Assembly: GCA_965645245.1 (NCBI GenBank)
Contig: OZ287073.1
Location: forward strand, 496,001 to 560,000
DNA length: 64,000 nt
Direction: 5' to 3'
From: Massalongia carnosa
Taxonomy: Eukaryota
A program made the translations under genes and the position numbers. The number at the start of each line of letters is the position of its first letter. The first letter of the stretch is position 1. The notes under the pieces are model-generated. The model did not search any database, was not told the DNA's origin, and was given only the letters and a program-made list of their open reading frames with translations. Below are positions 22,245 through 34,647 of the stretch, in pieces.

Positions 22245-23094
22245 GTGGACTTGAACGAATCTTTGTCGTTAATTCATGACCCACAGCTACATTCTTTCAA
22301 ACATCGTTCAAGTAACATTGAATTTATCAGATTGTTAAGTGACGAAGAAAGTGCTAAGCACAGTTATGTTTTCGAGATAGTCATTAAATCAAATCGATAT
22401 GCTTTGAAGCTTGTAAGTCTCAGCTGCTGATAATATTGAAGTTAAATCATCAACTAATTTCTTAACATAGTTCAAGTTCTACGACGTGGAGGAGCATATG
22501 CACGGGCTCGAAGGCATAAATGTGCCATAGGATATGATCATTGCACATATGGATCCGTTCTATGCAGAATGTCGTGCATATGGTTGCACTGAGAATAACG
22601 AACTCAATGGCAAGATAGCCGTGCGTTGTCATGGTTTTACTTCCGTCTCGGCGCTTCAAGAAGATTATCTATCTCACAATTTCGATGTTTCGGAATGGAA
22701 CAGACCATTCAAGGAATACAAGCAGCCTGCTTTTAAGAGAGAGCCATTTCGTGCCATTATCAAGGCTTTGGTGTCAAGTGAGATGTCCTTTGATCAATGT
22801 GCGATCAAATCCATGCTCAGGGATCTGATGTCAATGCGGAAATTGGGGCTTTTCGTTCGGGATATTAAGGAACAAAATTATCGAGACGATAAATTGATTG
22901 ACTTCAGTGTTTCTTGGACAGTTCCACACATCATGCTCTTAAATCTACTTAGAGATGATAAGGACATCGAGCTGGAATTACATTGGGAATTGGAACTCTT
23001 CGATTTGATGATTAAGTATTCCGGGATCTGATCATGGGTCAGAGCTACTCCTAACAAAGTGTACCTTGACAAGCTTCGTCCTCGTCCTAGTTAG
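22245..23094 (+). pseudogene. FTA2-family protein-kinase-like gene with premature stops
   Basis: YVFEIVI..YALKL, an intron GTAAGT(22413)..TAG(22470), then FKFYD, DPFYAECRAYG, AVRCHGF, RDIKEQNY and LIDFSVSWTVPH. In-frame TAG at 22528 and TGA at 23029. Confidence 0.8.
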
Positions 23095-23352
23095 AAATGT
23101 TTTCAAAGGCCGAGCGGAGAAAACCCGTTGTTAAAATCAAACAGATGATCAGATTCAGATGTGAGAGGAGGATATAGATCATGAGGCGAACGGATCAGAC
23201 GAATAGGAAAGGGGGGGTTAGAGAGAGAGGAGGCGAACAGTATGTAGGGGAGGGGGTGGAGGGTTTGGTGAGGTTATGGAGGCTAACGGGGGTGTTGGTC
23301 ACGACCTAGATCTCCGTCAATGGCTTGATCGACCTAATGCTTTGCTTGAGGA

Positions 23353-23940
23353 TTAGTTGTGACGCTTTTGCATGATATTATTGGGCAGAAGTGATTCTTC
23401 ATCCTGCTTCGGCGCGCTCTTAAACATCTTTAGCTCGTCAAGGCTCTGCATCAAGTCTCGCCCATACTGTTGTCGCATTGTGGACTGAGATTCTATAATA
23501 CCGTCGATATTTTTCTCAAGCTCCTGGATTTCACGAGATACAGATGACACTGTCAGCTTTGCCTGGATAGACTTTTGCAGATATTATGGCAACTCCTCGT
23601 TTTGCTGCGTGGCAAGAGCTTCGTCGTAGAGTTTGTCAGTGACCCGCCTTGTGTCTCCATTGGATATAATTAAATGCGCTTCCTCGATAAGACTAGGCCG
23701 GTCTTGCATAAGAGATTTTGCGAGAGTGCTGGGAACTCGCCACCGCGGCATCGTGTTGGAAGCATCTCCTGGGCTTCGAGATTATAGTCTAGGCTCTTGA
23801 AGAAACGCTGCCACTCGGGACGAACAATTCCCAGAGCTTGGGCGACATCAATCATCACAGGTCTGGGAAACCCCTCGGTCGTTGGTTCCAGGCAGGGCCA
23901 TTGGTCTAAGAGGAATTGCGCAAGGGCCTTGCAGTCATAG
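23353..23940 (-). pseudogene. Internal fragment of a large fungal DUF3638/DUF3645-type protein
   Basis: DCKALAQFLLDQWPCLEP..IDVAQALGIVRPEWQRFF and RQQYGRDLMQSLDEL. Family assignment is from recall only. Confidence 0.5.
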
Positions 23941-24410
23941 GAGACTCTGCTTCCTGCTCAATGGTGGCAACAATTAGTTAAGTAAATTTATGAATTGAGG
24001 AATAGGGAGCACCGCGAAGGTCCTTAGAAAGGATGGCGCCCAACGAGGCTTAGCGCTGTACAGGTCAAGTCAATCGTGACTCCATCTCTACATCGTCAAG
24101 TTTCTTATCACAGCGTAGTAAATGCACCAGAGTTGAACCTGTTGAAATAAAAGGGGCTGAGGGAGCTGCACTGAATCAATGAAAAGGCTGATATGCTGCG
24201 CTTGAAGTTCTATATCTAAATTGAACTTAACCAACTGAACTATCTAAGAAAGAAAGAGGTGGAATTATTTGCCCAAATATATACACCGAATATGGCTGTC
24301 ATGGAGTCTTCGAGAAACTTCCATCGCGTTCGTCGCAGGGACCTTGTCGTGTGATAATAGCGGAATTATAGATTCCCATAGAATGTTCCATGCAATTGTA
24401 AGGTGAAGTC

Positions 24411-27400
24411 TATTGGAATTTGCCGAGATATTTTTGTTCAACAGGTTATGAGCCCGGATAGCACTCTATTCAAATCCAGGAGTATTTTTCACTAGATCTT
24501 TTATCTTAGGGGATATAGCCCGTGTGCTTGTTTGAACTCCTAGCTATCCATTTCGGCACTCGAATAGGACGACTCCTTCACCACCAAAATGTCTGCCTCA
24601 GAAGACAGCCAAGATACCGGAGGTGCCATGAGGGCATCCACCACCCCCGAGGCTAGCAAGGCCTCCTCATCAAAGGACAAGGGCCTAGCGGCTATAACAG
24701 CCATTGATGGGGGATATAAAAGGGGTGCCGGTGTGAAAGGTGAAGTAAAACTGCCAAAACTTACTAGCGACAACTACAGGCTGTGGTCCCATCTTTTGAA
24801 GGTGCACTTAATTGCCAAAGGGCTCTGGAAAGTAGTCAGTGGAGAGATACTCGAACCACCAGGAAGCATGCCTTTGGATAGAGACTCGTGGATCTTTGAT
24901 GATGCCACAGCAATCACCATCCTCGTGGGAGCCATGGATGAAAGGCAGCAGAAGCATGTGCAACTGCGGCAGTCTGCCAAAGGGGTATGGGATGCCCAGA
25001 AGGAAATTCACGGCAAAGACTCCAGAACACGCTTGGTCCCCATGCTCCGCCGATTTCATACGTATAAGGCCAAGGCAGAGGAAGGAGTGGATGAGACTGC
25101 AGTAGAGCTAGAAGATATGAGAGATATCATCGCAAACATCAACCCAGAGGTGAAGCCATCCGATATCATGATGGCCCTAGTCCTAATGGATTCGGTGGAT
25201 CACGAGCGGTATAATGCGGTGAAATTGCAATTAAACGACTTGGAAAACCTCACGTTTCGGAAGGTGATTGAAAAATATAAGGAAATCGAGCAGATGGCCA
25301 GAGATAACGCGGGGACCCCTATGAAATCGCTAATAAGGTCTCCGCCAAGCCCTATAAGTTTAAGGGGAATTGTTACCACTGCAAGAAACCTGGTCATGTG
25401 AAAACCAAGTGTTTTGAATGGCTTGCCAGTGACGAAGGCAAGGCCTACAATGAAGATACCGCCAGCACGGCCCAATCAAAGGGCAAGAAAGCCAAGGACG
25501 GAGGTAAGGGAGAGGAAAAGTTAAGGGATGGCAAACGTGGCAAGGGCCGAGGAGGTCACCTTGCACGCAAAGCATCCGGCACAAGGGACAGCGACAGTGA
25601 GGATAGCGACGACGAGTCAGTATACGGTCGCATGGCCATTGACCACGTGGACCAGAGTGACGATGAGGATTACACCGACTACGTCAACAATGAGGCGCGC
25701 TATCGCACTTCCCAGAAGTGCTCCTCCCCTAAGAGTTTTGCTAGAGTGGCAAAACTCACTTCCAAAGTAATACCTCCGAATGAGTGGATTATTGACTCAG
25801 GGGCCAGTCGCCATATGACGGCCAATCGGAAGCTATTCACAAATTTACACTGCAGGTAAGTTGGGTGACGATAGCTAATGGGGTAAAGATTAAATCACCT
25901 GGTAAAGGTGATGTGGCTGTGGAGCTGGAGGATAAGAAGTTCAAACTCACAGAAGTGTTATACGTACCTGAGCTGGATGCGAATTTGTTGTCAATTTCGG
26001 CATTACAAGCTAGAGGAATGATTATGAGGTTTGGATTGAGTTGCGTCGAAATTTTGTGGAGAGGTACCTGCCTCGCCACCAGGTTTTTGGTGGGAAAAAC
26101 GTACCTGCTCCGATCCGTAGGAAGCGGAGTGGCCCTGATAGCCACTGAGGATCCCGAGGAAGAAATCCCTATTACTTCTGATCCAAATATCAGCGAAAGA
26201 TCTTCCGGAAATCAGAATTTGCCAAGAATGCCAGAAACTGCAAAAGACAACAAAAAAGCAATTAGCACTCGGTCCCAATTAGAAAGAGACCGATACCTAC
26301 TATGGCATGGCCGCATGGGGCACGTGGGAGCATACAGACTCACTGCCCTCCATGAAGCCACTAATGGAGTGGGAGCCAAGTTACATGACCATGAGAAGGA
26401 ATGCAAATGCATCACATGTACTCAGACGAAAATGACTCGAATAATCAACCGAAACCCACCAGAACGGGCTACCCGCCGTCTGGAACGAGTCTATTCAGAC
26501 TTTTGGGGTCCATATCGGGTGCCCAATAACCAAGGGACCAAGTATTTTGTGGCCTTTACCGACGAAGCCACCGGCTACTCGGATGTTTACCTCGGGGCCA
26601 GGAGCGAGCTAGAAAAGCTCTTTCGGATGTTCAAAAATCGTGCCGAGATCGAGACAGGGGAGCGAATCAGGACCCCGCGATGTGATAACGCTTTGGAGTA
26701 TGAAAAACTGGCTAGAACGATATTGCCGGAAGGAATAGTGGTGGAGTTTACCACGGCCTATACCCCTGAGCAGAATGGGGTTGCAGAAAGACTCAACAGA
26801 ACGCTGATGCAGTTGGTATCAGCGATGCAGATGTGGTCTGGGTTGCCTAGGTCATTTTGGGGGGACGCAGTACTGACTGCCAATTATCTGAAGAATCGGC
26901 TTCCGTCGAAGCGGTTTGATATGAAGACCCCATATGAGATGTGGCACCAGAAGAAGCCAGAGGTAGGCCATATAAGGACCTATGGATGCCTCGTACACGT
27001 GCACGTTCCTAGCGAAACTCGTGCGAAGATGGATAAGGTATCCCATCAGGGAATTCTCGTTGGATTCCGGTCATCCAGACAGTATAAGGTGCATAATCCT
27101 GATACGAAAACAGTGGGAGTACATACCTCAGTGAAGTTTTTCGAGGATTGGCTAGGAGGCCCTTTACTGAACGCACCAGCGGAACAGGGTGAGTGGGAGT
27201 TAGATGTTGCAGATTCGGACTACGAACCGGATGAGGAACAAGGAGTTCCTACGCACAGACTTACCAACCCTGAGAATGCCTTAGAATTTCAGGGAACATC
27301 AAACCTAGAAAATGACGACGCAATAGTTCTAGGTGATAATGTTCCCGGAGAAAGTATTGAGGGTGCAGAGAATCCCTCACTGAATGAAGGCGATATTCCC

Positions 27401-29337
27401 AGAAATCGCGAAACTCCGGGAAATCAAGAGGAAGGAAAGGAGACCTCGGAAACAGAAATCCGAGCGCCAGAATTCGAGGGTCTGCCGACTACTGGGCGAA
27501 ATTCGCCAGAGCCAGCACAGAATTCAAAAAGGGGGCAGAAAGCCACACTCCCACCGAAAAATCAACAGCTTGTTTCAGCAGCATCTTCCCGGTCAAAACG
27601 CACGAAAAAGCAGTATGACTCCAAGGCATTTGATAAGTCAAAAGCACCGATGGCTATCGTTTATATAGCTCGATTGCCTGAACCGGCTACCTATAAGGAA
27701 GCCATGACTGGATCAAATCGCCGTGAATGGAGGGGGGCAACGGAAGAAGAGCTGGAAGCGCTGCGGTGGAAACGCACGTTTATCATCGTGCCGAGGCCGA
27801 AAAACTGTGAGCTAATAACTTCGAAATAGGTGTTCAAAATCAAATACACATCCGCCGCAGTTATTAAGCGGTTCAAGGCCAGACTTTGTGCTAGAGGTTT
27901 CAGTCAGAAATATGGCATTGATTACGAGGAGACGTTTGCACCCACCTTGAGGTTCGAATCATCTCTGAGGATGTTAATGGCAATTACTGCGTTACTGAAC
28001 CTGGAAGCACATCAAATGGACGTTTCAAATACCTATTTACAAGGTGAGTTGGGAGAGTAAATCTACATGGAAATACCAGAGGGAATGGATGTTCCTAACG
28101 AAAAGAATAAGGCCCTTCTACTGCTAAAAGGCCTTTATGGTCTCAAGCAATCCGGCCGAATCTGGAGCAGAAAGTTCAGAAGGTATCTGAGATCCATTGG
28201 ATTCGAACCAATCTCAGCCGACAATTATGTGTTCATAAACCTCCAAGCCGGCGTCATTATCTCAGTATACGTCGATGATCTTCTCATTTTTGCCGCCAAA
28301 ATGTTCCGCATCAATGCAGTCAAGGCACAGCTAAAACGGGAGTATAAGATGAAGGATTTGGGAGAGGTGGACCACATCCTGGGAATGCGAGTGCGGAGGA
28401 ACCGAAAATCTAGAAATCTAACACTAGATCAGTCAGTATACATCAACAATTTCATTTCGAAATATGGGATGGAAAATGCACACCCAGTTTCAACTCCGAT
28501 TGATGGATATGCAGCACTGACTGCCGCCATCCCCACGGAACCCAGGACCGACCAACTGGAGTACCAGAAAATGCTATGATCCCACCAACGAGATGGCAGC
28601 TAATATTCTGACAAAGCCTTTGACCAAGGCGGCTTTTGAACGCGGACGTGCTCTACTAGGTATGAAGGACACCTAGAGAGTTAGCGATAGGTTATCGCAA
28701 TCACATCGGCCCACGAGGACCCATGGCCTACCTGAGCATCGTGTTCAGACGGGCAGAACGCGGAGGATTTCTTATGATTCGTTTTCGGGCATACGAGGGT
28801 ATGAAGCCATTCAGATACTCGGAGTGGGAGTATTGGAATTTGCCGAGATACCTGAATATTTGCGACCGAGGTTCTTTTGCCTAATTTCCAGATTAGGCAA
28901 TCATATGCTATATGCGAAAAGCTTCAGATATCGGCACGACTCCGGCAACTACGAGGAGGCAAAGGTATGCAGCAAAAATGCTACATTTCGGAGGCAATTC
29001 AGCTGTTCATGATCACTGAATGTCTCGATGTCTCCGGTTAGCAACAAGGTGTATTTTGCCTAGCTGAAAAGGTTCAAAGGAAGCAGGTTCATGCATTTGA
29101 TATAGGCCGAGATAGAGGCCCTTAAGCAGTATAAAGAGACGGTGATTCCTCATGTAACTTAGCTATTCAGTCGTTCAGAATTCAGTTCAGCAGATAGTTA
29201 AATTTGGAGTATCTTCACTGGAAATACGGAGTACCTGCATCACGTTTGCCAAGCACTGCTCTTCGCCTATCCTTGATAGCTAGACCCTCTTCTCCTGCAT
29301 CCCGCTGCCGTATGCCTAGTTGATTTTTTGTTCAACA
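24411..29337 (+). mobile_element. Ty1/copia element (copia-2), degenerate, 5' LTR collapsed to 33 bp
   Basis: TSD AAGTC (24406-24410, 29338-29342), PBS GGTTATGAGCCC at 24444, PPT CTCGGAGTGGGAG at 28818-28830, 3' LTR at 28831-29337. Confidence 0.92.
24589..28676 (+). pseudogene. Copia-2 gag-pol with frameshifts, stops and most of RNase H deleted
   Basis: WIIDSGAS, LWHGRMGH, QNGVAERLNRTL, FKARLCARGF, LYGLKQSGR and VYVDD in PR-INT-RT order. Confidence 0.92.
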
Positions 29338-29505
29338 AAGTCATATCGGGTAGGCCTGCTAGGTCAGAAACCTCTACGTGGTGCAGGCTATCAACACCTC
29401 CTCGGAGGTGGCCAATATCTGATCATCGCCAACGCTGAAGCCCACCTCGGTGGCCGTTTGAATGATCAACGTCTCTACTGATCATTCACTACTTCCAAGG
29501 CATAC

Positions 29506-29720
29506 AAAGCCCATTCATTCGGAATGGCCACACCTCTCAGGCGGAAGCCTTTCACCTCATCGAAAAAGCCTCAACGAAAAAGCCCATTTAGTCGAAATGG
29601 CCAAACCCTGGCGGAAGCATTTCACCTCATCGAAAAAGTCTATTCAGTCGGAATGGCAACACCCCCCAGGCGGAAGCCTCTCACCTCATCGAAAAAGCCC
29701 ATTCATTTGGAATGGCCACA
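29506..29720. repeat. Tandem repeat, about 58-bp unit x about 3.5
   Basis: Recurrent aaagcccattca..gaatggc..ggcggaagc..tcacctcatcgaaaa. Confidence 0.85.
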
Positions 29721-30702
29721 TTTTCACATCTTCATTTATACGACACCACGATCTGCCCTCGATCATGGCCAGTCTATCATCTATTGAGTCAAAACGGTTA
29801 AAGAGAGAAAATGTTCGTCGAACGTGTAGAGATACACTGTCTAGTTCATCGGGTCTATAGGATTCCTAGCGCTTGAAGATCTGGGTTTATGCATCGCGTG
29901 ATAGAAGAACGATCTCGTTGCGTTCAATATGGAATAAAAGGGAGTGGTTTTACCCTGGGGCTAGGTTTCCACTTTCTGACTGTTGTTTATGTACATAAAT
30001 AGCAGTCACAGCGCCATATCCTAAGGATGCATACGCTTAATGAATAAATAAAATCATATCGGGTATGACAATTAACCTCGGTATAGTGGCAAAAGCAAAT
30101 AACGCCAAGATAGTATGAATCAACAGAACCAGGATTTCTATCCAACTAATGACCTCAGTCTACAGCTAGTAACTCTGAAACAGCAAGACTACCATGAGTA
30201 CAACCCTGTTTCGAAGGCACAAATCCAGAAAACGGCAGAGTTTTGCTACGCGTCTTCTTTGGTGCCTCAGGCGCGAGGGGTGTTTGGTCTTATAGAGCGG
30301 TCTGTAGTGTTCGTCAGGTACAACGGGAATAGCTTCACATAGATGGGAACAATCGTCAATGCAGTAGATTGTAACTATGAAGTTAAGATGGTAGGGAAGG
30401 TTGAACACGAAGTTTCCATAAGGGAATCTTCGCTACCTATATAGTCCTTGCTCACCATGCTCGTCTGCGAGCCCGGTGAGCATCCGCTCGCCCTGCTCGT
30501 GGTGAGCTCCCCAGCTCGCCCTGCTCACTAGTGAGCCGGGTGAGCTTCCCGCTAGGTCTAAACCTAGAAAGGTTTAACTGTTCGATCCATAGTATCCTAT
30601 CCTACATACTAGGGTCGTAACACGATCCCTCCTTTCCTAACGCTAGTCCCTAGCGTTATTTAACGAATGTAATCCCCCGATGAATCCCCATTCCATCGCA
30701 CC

Positions 30703-31194
30703 ATGACATCTCCCAAGGCCGCCAACCGCTTGCGTCTTTACAACACCATCGTTCGAGACGGTGATCCGGCGGTTACTGCCTGTCTTCTCTGTTCCTCTCT
30801 CCTGGTTGCTTGCGTAAGAATGAATCATCCCAAGTGTGCGGAGTGTGTTCGTCGTGGTCGCCCTTGTGTTGGCGCTTCGTGGGAAAGCTTGGATCGCACT
30901 CGAGACAGGTTGGAATCCGACCTTAGCTTAGCTGAGGAGGAACTTGCTCGTGCGCTGGCGAAGGTGGCCAGTCTTCGCAAGACGTTAAGCCATACAAAAT
31001 CAAAAGTTGCCGAAAAGGCCCTCTGTCTCGTACAAGAGCTATCAGCGGATAATGATGGAACGGAGGACGAAGTCCTCCCCGATCTATCCCAATTTATGAA
31101 GGAATTGCCTGACGACTTCTGGCGCTCGGTGGCATCTCCCTCTGCCCTCGTCGGAAGTCCTCCAGGAGTTGTCGGCAGTTCTCAAGGTTCTTAA
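30703..31194 (+). CDS. Antisense ORF of the gypsy element: Cys6 cluster plus coiled coil (BRTN-like)
   Basis: CLLC..C..CAEC..C followed by a heptad helix. Open for 163 aa between the 3' LTR and the chromodomain. Confidence 0.7.
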   Translation: MTSPKAANRLRLYNTIVRDGDPAVTACLLCSSLLVACVRMNHPKCAECVRRGRPCVGASWESLDRTRDRLESDLSLAEEELARALAKVASLRKTLSHTKSKVAEKALCLVQELSADNDGTEDEVLPDLSQFMKELPDDFWRSVASPSALVGSPPGVVGSSQGS

Positions 31195-34100
31195 GTGGTT
31201 CCCACGTGTTCTCCGATGTAGGATATCCCTTCCACTAAATTAAGTATTTCTGACCTTGCTGTCCTAGGATCTTCTCGACTTCGAACTCGTTTTCTTCCTG
31301 AGACTCATAATGAAATGTTTCCTGTATAGGTGTACCTGGGTCGGCTGGTTCCAATAACGATATATGGAATACTGGGTGTACTTTGGCGTCTTGAGGCAGT
31401 TCCAGTTCATAGCTGACTGCTCCTCTTTGTGCTTTGATGAAAAACGGACCGACCTTGACATGGTCAAGTTTCTTGCTTGGTCTCCTCGTTTTCAAATTCT
31501 TTGTTAGTAGGTACACTTTATCCCCTTCTTTCAGTTGAGGTTTCGTTTTTCTCTTCTTATTCTGGTAGATCTCGGATTTTTTCTGCATCTTCGTGATGTT
31601 CTCATGTATCCGTCTCATTGTTTCTACCCTTCCTATTGCTGATTGTGCCGAATAGCCCTGCCTAGCGTCTCCAAACAAATTCGGTTCTCTTCCATAGTTC
31701 GCGAAAAATGGCGTAACTTTGGTAGTGTCAGACACCTTGGCGTTTAGTGCCAACTGTGCCATTGGTAAGAGTTCTACCCAATTGTTTTGTGTATCGTTGA
31801 CATAATGTCGCAGATATTGCTCCAGACTTTGATTAGTCCTTTCCGTCTGACCATCCGTTTGCGGATGATAGGCAGTAGACATTCTTAGTCTCGTTCCTAA
31901 CATTGGAATCAACGTCTTCCAATAGTTAGACGTAAAGAGCTTGTCTCTATCGCTAGTGATTCCCTTCGGTATTCCGTGATACCGGATCAGTCTGTCGAGC
32001 ACTATGGTTCCTAGCTGCTCCGCTGAGTATTTTTCTCGGAATGGTATTATGTGAGAATACTTGGTGAGTTTGTCCACTATCACCAATATTGAATCGTATT
32101 CTTCCTCCGTTGTCGGGTCCTTAGATTTTGGTAACTTGACGATAAAGTCCATCGTGACTTCGTCCCATGGCGATTCAGGTGGATCCTGATACTGTATTTC
32201 GCCGTACCTCGCATGAGCCGCATGCTTATTCTTTTGACAGCTAAGACATTGTCTGATATATGTCTCGACATGTTCCCTCATCCTTGGAAACGTACATCTT
32301 TGTCGTAAAAGCCGCAGCGTCTTGCTGACACCTGGGTGGCCCTGTAATAACCCGTTATGGTGCTCTCTTATACATTCATCGATCTTGTCTTCGATATTCG
32401 AAGTTTTCCTTTTACTATAGGAAATTCTTCCTAGTCGTCTCTTATAATACGGAGTGTTGCGCTCAACTCCTGTTTGTTTGCTGATAATGATCCATCCTTA
32501 TTTACTCGTAGGATGCTGTGACTGAAGATCTCCTTGGTCTCCATATGATCGCTTCGTCGACTCAGTGCATCCGCTCTGCCATTCTCTCTTCCCGGAGTAT
32601 ATTGTATCGTGAACTTATATTGTACTAACAGCTCTGACCATCGTACTTGTCGCCTATTCAACTGCTTTGTGGTTGTGAAGTGCAGTAGATTCTTGTGGTC
32701 CGTGTATATTGTAAGTTCTGGTGCTCCTTCTGCGTACATTCTCCATGACTCCAAAGAAGCTACTATTGCTAATAGTTCCTTGTCATGAATGTCGTAGTTC
32801 TGTTCTGCTGGCGAGAGTTTCCTTGATAGATATGCAACTGGATGCCACTTGCCGTCGTGTTCTTAGCTAAGACATGCTCCAATCGCTAGGTCTGATGCGT
32901 CGGTTTCGATCCTAATCGCTTTCCTTCCATCGAACATTTTCAAAACTGGTTCGTCCACGCATGCTTGCTGCAGCTCCCTGAATGCTGCTTCCTGTTCTGG
33001 TTTCCACGACCATGTTACATCCTTCGCAGTGAGCCTAGTCAAAGGTACCGCCTTTCTGGAGTAATCTTTAATGAACTTTCTGTTATAGTTGACGAAACCT
33101 AGGAACGATTGTAGTTCCTTTATATTAGTTGGTGCTTTCCATTCTCTCACAGCCTTTATCTTTTCTGGGTCGATACGGATCCCGTGTTGGCCGATAATGA
33201 AGCCTAAAAAATTGACTTCTTTCTTGTGGAATTCGCACTTCTCTGGTTTCAACTTCAAGTTCCTTTCTTTCAAGCATTCGAATATTCTCTGCACATGTTG
33301 TACGTGCTCTTTTAGTGACTCGGAGTAGATCAGTATGTCATCGAGGTATGCGATAACAAAAATGTCGAGGTATTTCCTAAGCGTGTCATTGATCATTTCC
33401 TGACAGGTTGCCGGGGCATTTGTCAACCCAAATGGCATAACCTGGTACTCGTAGTGACCATATCGTGTACGAAAAGCTGTTTTCCATTCTTCTCCCTCTT
33501 TCATGCGTATGAGATTGTAGGCTCCCCTCAAGTCTAGCTTGGTAAAATATTTGGCTTTGCCTAATCTCGTTTGCAATTCTCCTATATTGGGTAATGGATA
33601 TCGGTTTTTTACCGTTATATTGTTTAGCTTTCGATAATCGACACATAGGCGGAGTGTTCCATCCTTCATGGGTACAAAGAGGATTGGATATCCTGCCGGT
33701 GATTGAGATTTCCTAATGAATCCCTTCTTCATATTCTCATCCAGGTATTTTCGAAGTGCTTCTAGCTCCTTCTCGGAAAGTGCATATATAGGTCCAAACG
33801 TGGGTTGCTTGCCTGGTTCTAGCTTGATCTCGTGATCCCACGGTTGATGTATAGGTAGGACCGCTGCCGTCACCTCTTCCCGGAACAGATCTTTCCATGC
33901 TCTGTATTCATCTGGTATTTCTCCTTCAGTTTTACCGAGGGTCTCAGAAGGTACGTGACTTCCTTCACTAACTCTGACTTCGTGACCTGTTTGACCTAAT
34001 CCAGTGTCTGTCGAGCCGAACTCCGTTATTGGATCGTTCTTATTCGAAGCTGCAAGTTCGCGCCTTGCGATCTCTTCTAGATTCTGCTTCTCATCTACCA

Positions 34101-34647
34101 TCGAACTCTGCCGATGCGCAGGTTGGGCTGCAATCACGCAATTGCACCGCTCAAACTTGAGTAATCTCTTCGTCCAATCTATCGTTGGATTGTGCTTCCT
34201 CAACCAAGGCATACCTAACACGATTTCGTGGCTGGCCATCCGAACAACATCAAATGTTAGCTCCTCGTAGTGCTGTTGGGTCGCTACCGGTAATGGTGTA
34301 GTTTCATTCACCACTCTTCCGTCTCCACTAGGTAACGGGTTTCCGTCTATGACCATTAGGTCGTACGCGTCGTCTTTCTTTCGAATAGGTAACCCTTTCC
34401 TATCGAGAAGAGATTGCGACATAAAATTCCCTGTCGCGCCCGAATCGACCATTGCTTGTAGTCGATGTCCGCTGACATTAATCGGCGTCTGGAATATCCG
34501 TGCATAGCTAACTGAGTTTAACTGCTTCTGGGCTATCATGTTGATCTCTTTTGGTATGCCCTTTACCAAAAGATTTTGTCTTTTCCCGGTTCTTCTTGCG
34601 TTGGCTGCTGCTGTCTCTTTGGCTTCCGTGGCTTCTTGGGGTACCAT
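31120..34647 (-). pseudogene. Gypsy pol (PR-RT-RH-INT-chromodomain) with stops
   Basis: MVDSGAT, LCVDYRKLN, YLDD, ETDASD, YTDHKNL, STAYHPQTDGQTER, GPF and FEVEKIL..WKGY..NTWEP. Stops at 32863, 32431 and 31235. Confidence 0.95.

Larger units (their letters stand above)
24140..29396 (-). repeat. LTR (family D) interrupted by copia-2
   Basis: TGTTGA at 24140 and TCAACA at 29396 bracket the copia-2 insertion. A purine tract GAGGAGG abuts it on the minus strand. No TSD. Confidence 0.6.

Noticed and set aside
22245..23094. Genuine kinetochore subunit Fta2
   Set aside because: The motifs are kinase-like, the gene has stops, and the family name does not imply kinetochore function here.
24140..24443. 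304-bp TG..CA stretch as the copia-2 5' LTR
   Set aside because: It does not match the 3' LTR beyond the last 33 bp, and the AAGTC TSD places the boundary at 24411.
29506..29720. CRISPR-like arrays (also 45367-45617 and 60275-60356)
   Set aside because: The units are contiguous with no unique spacers, no cas genes are present, and the context is eukaryotic TE.
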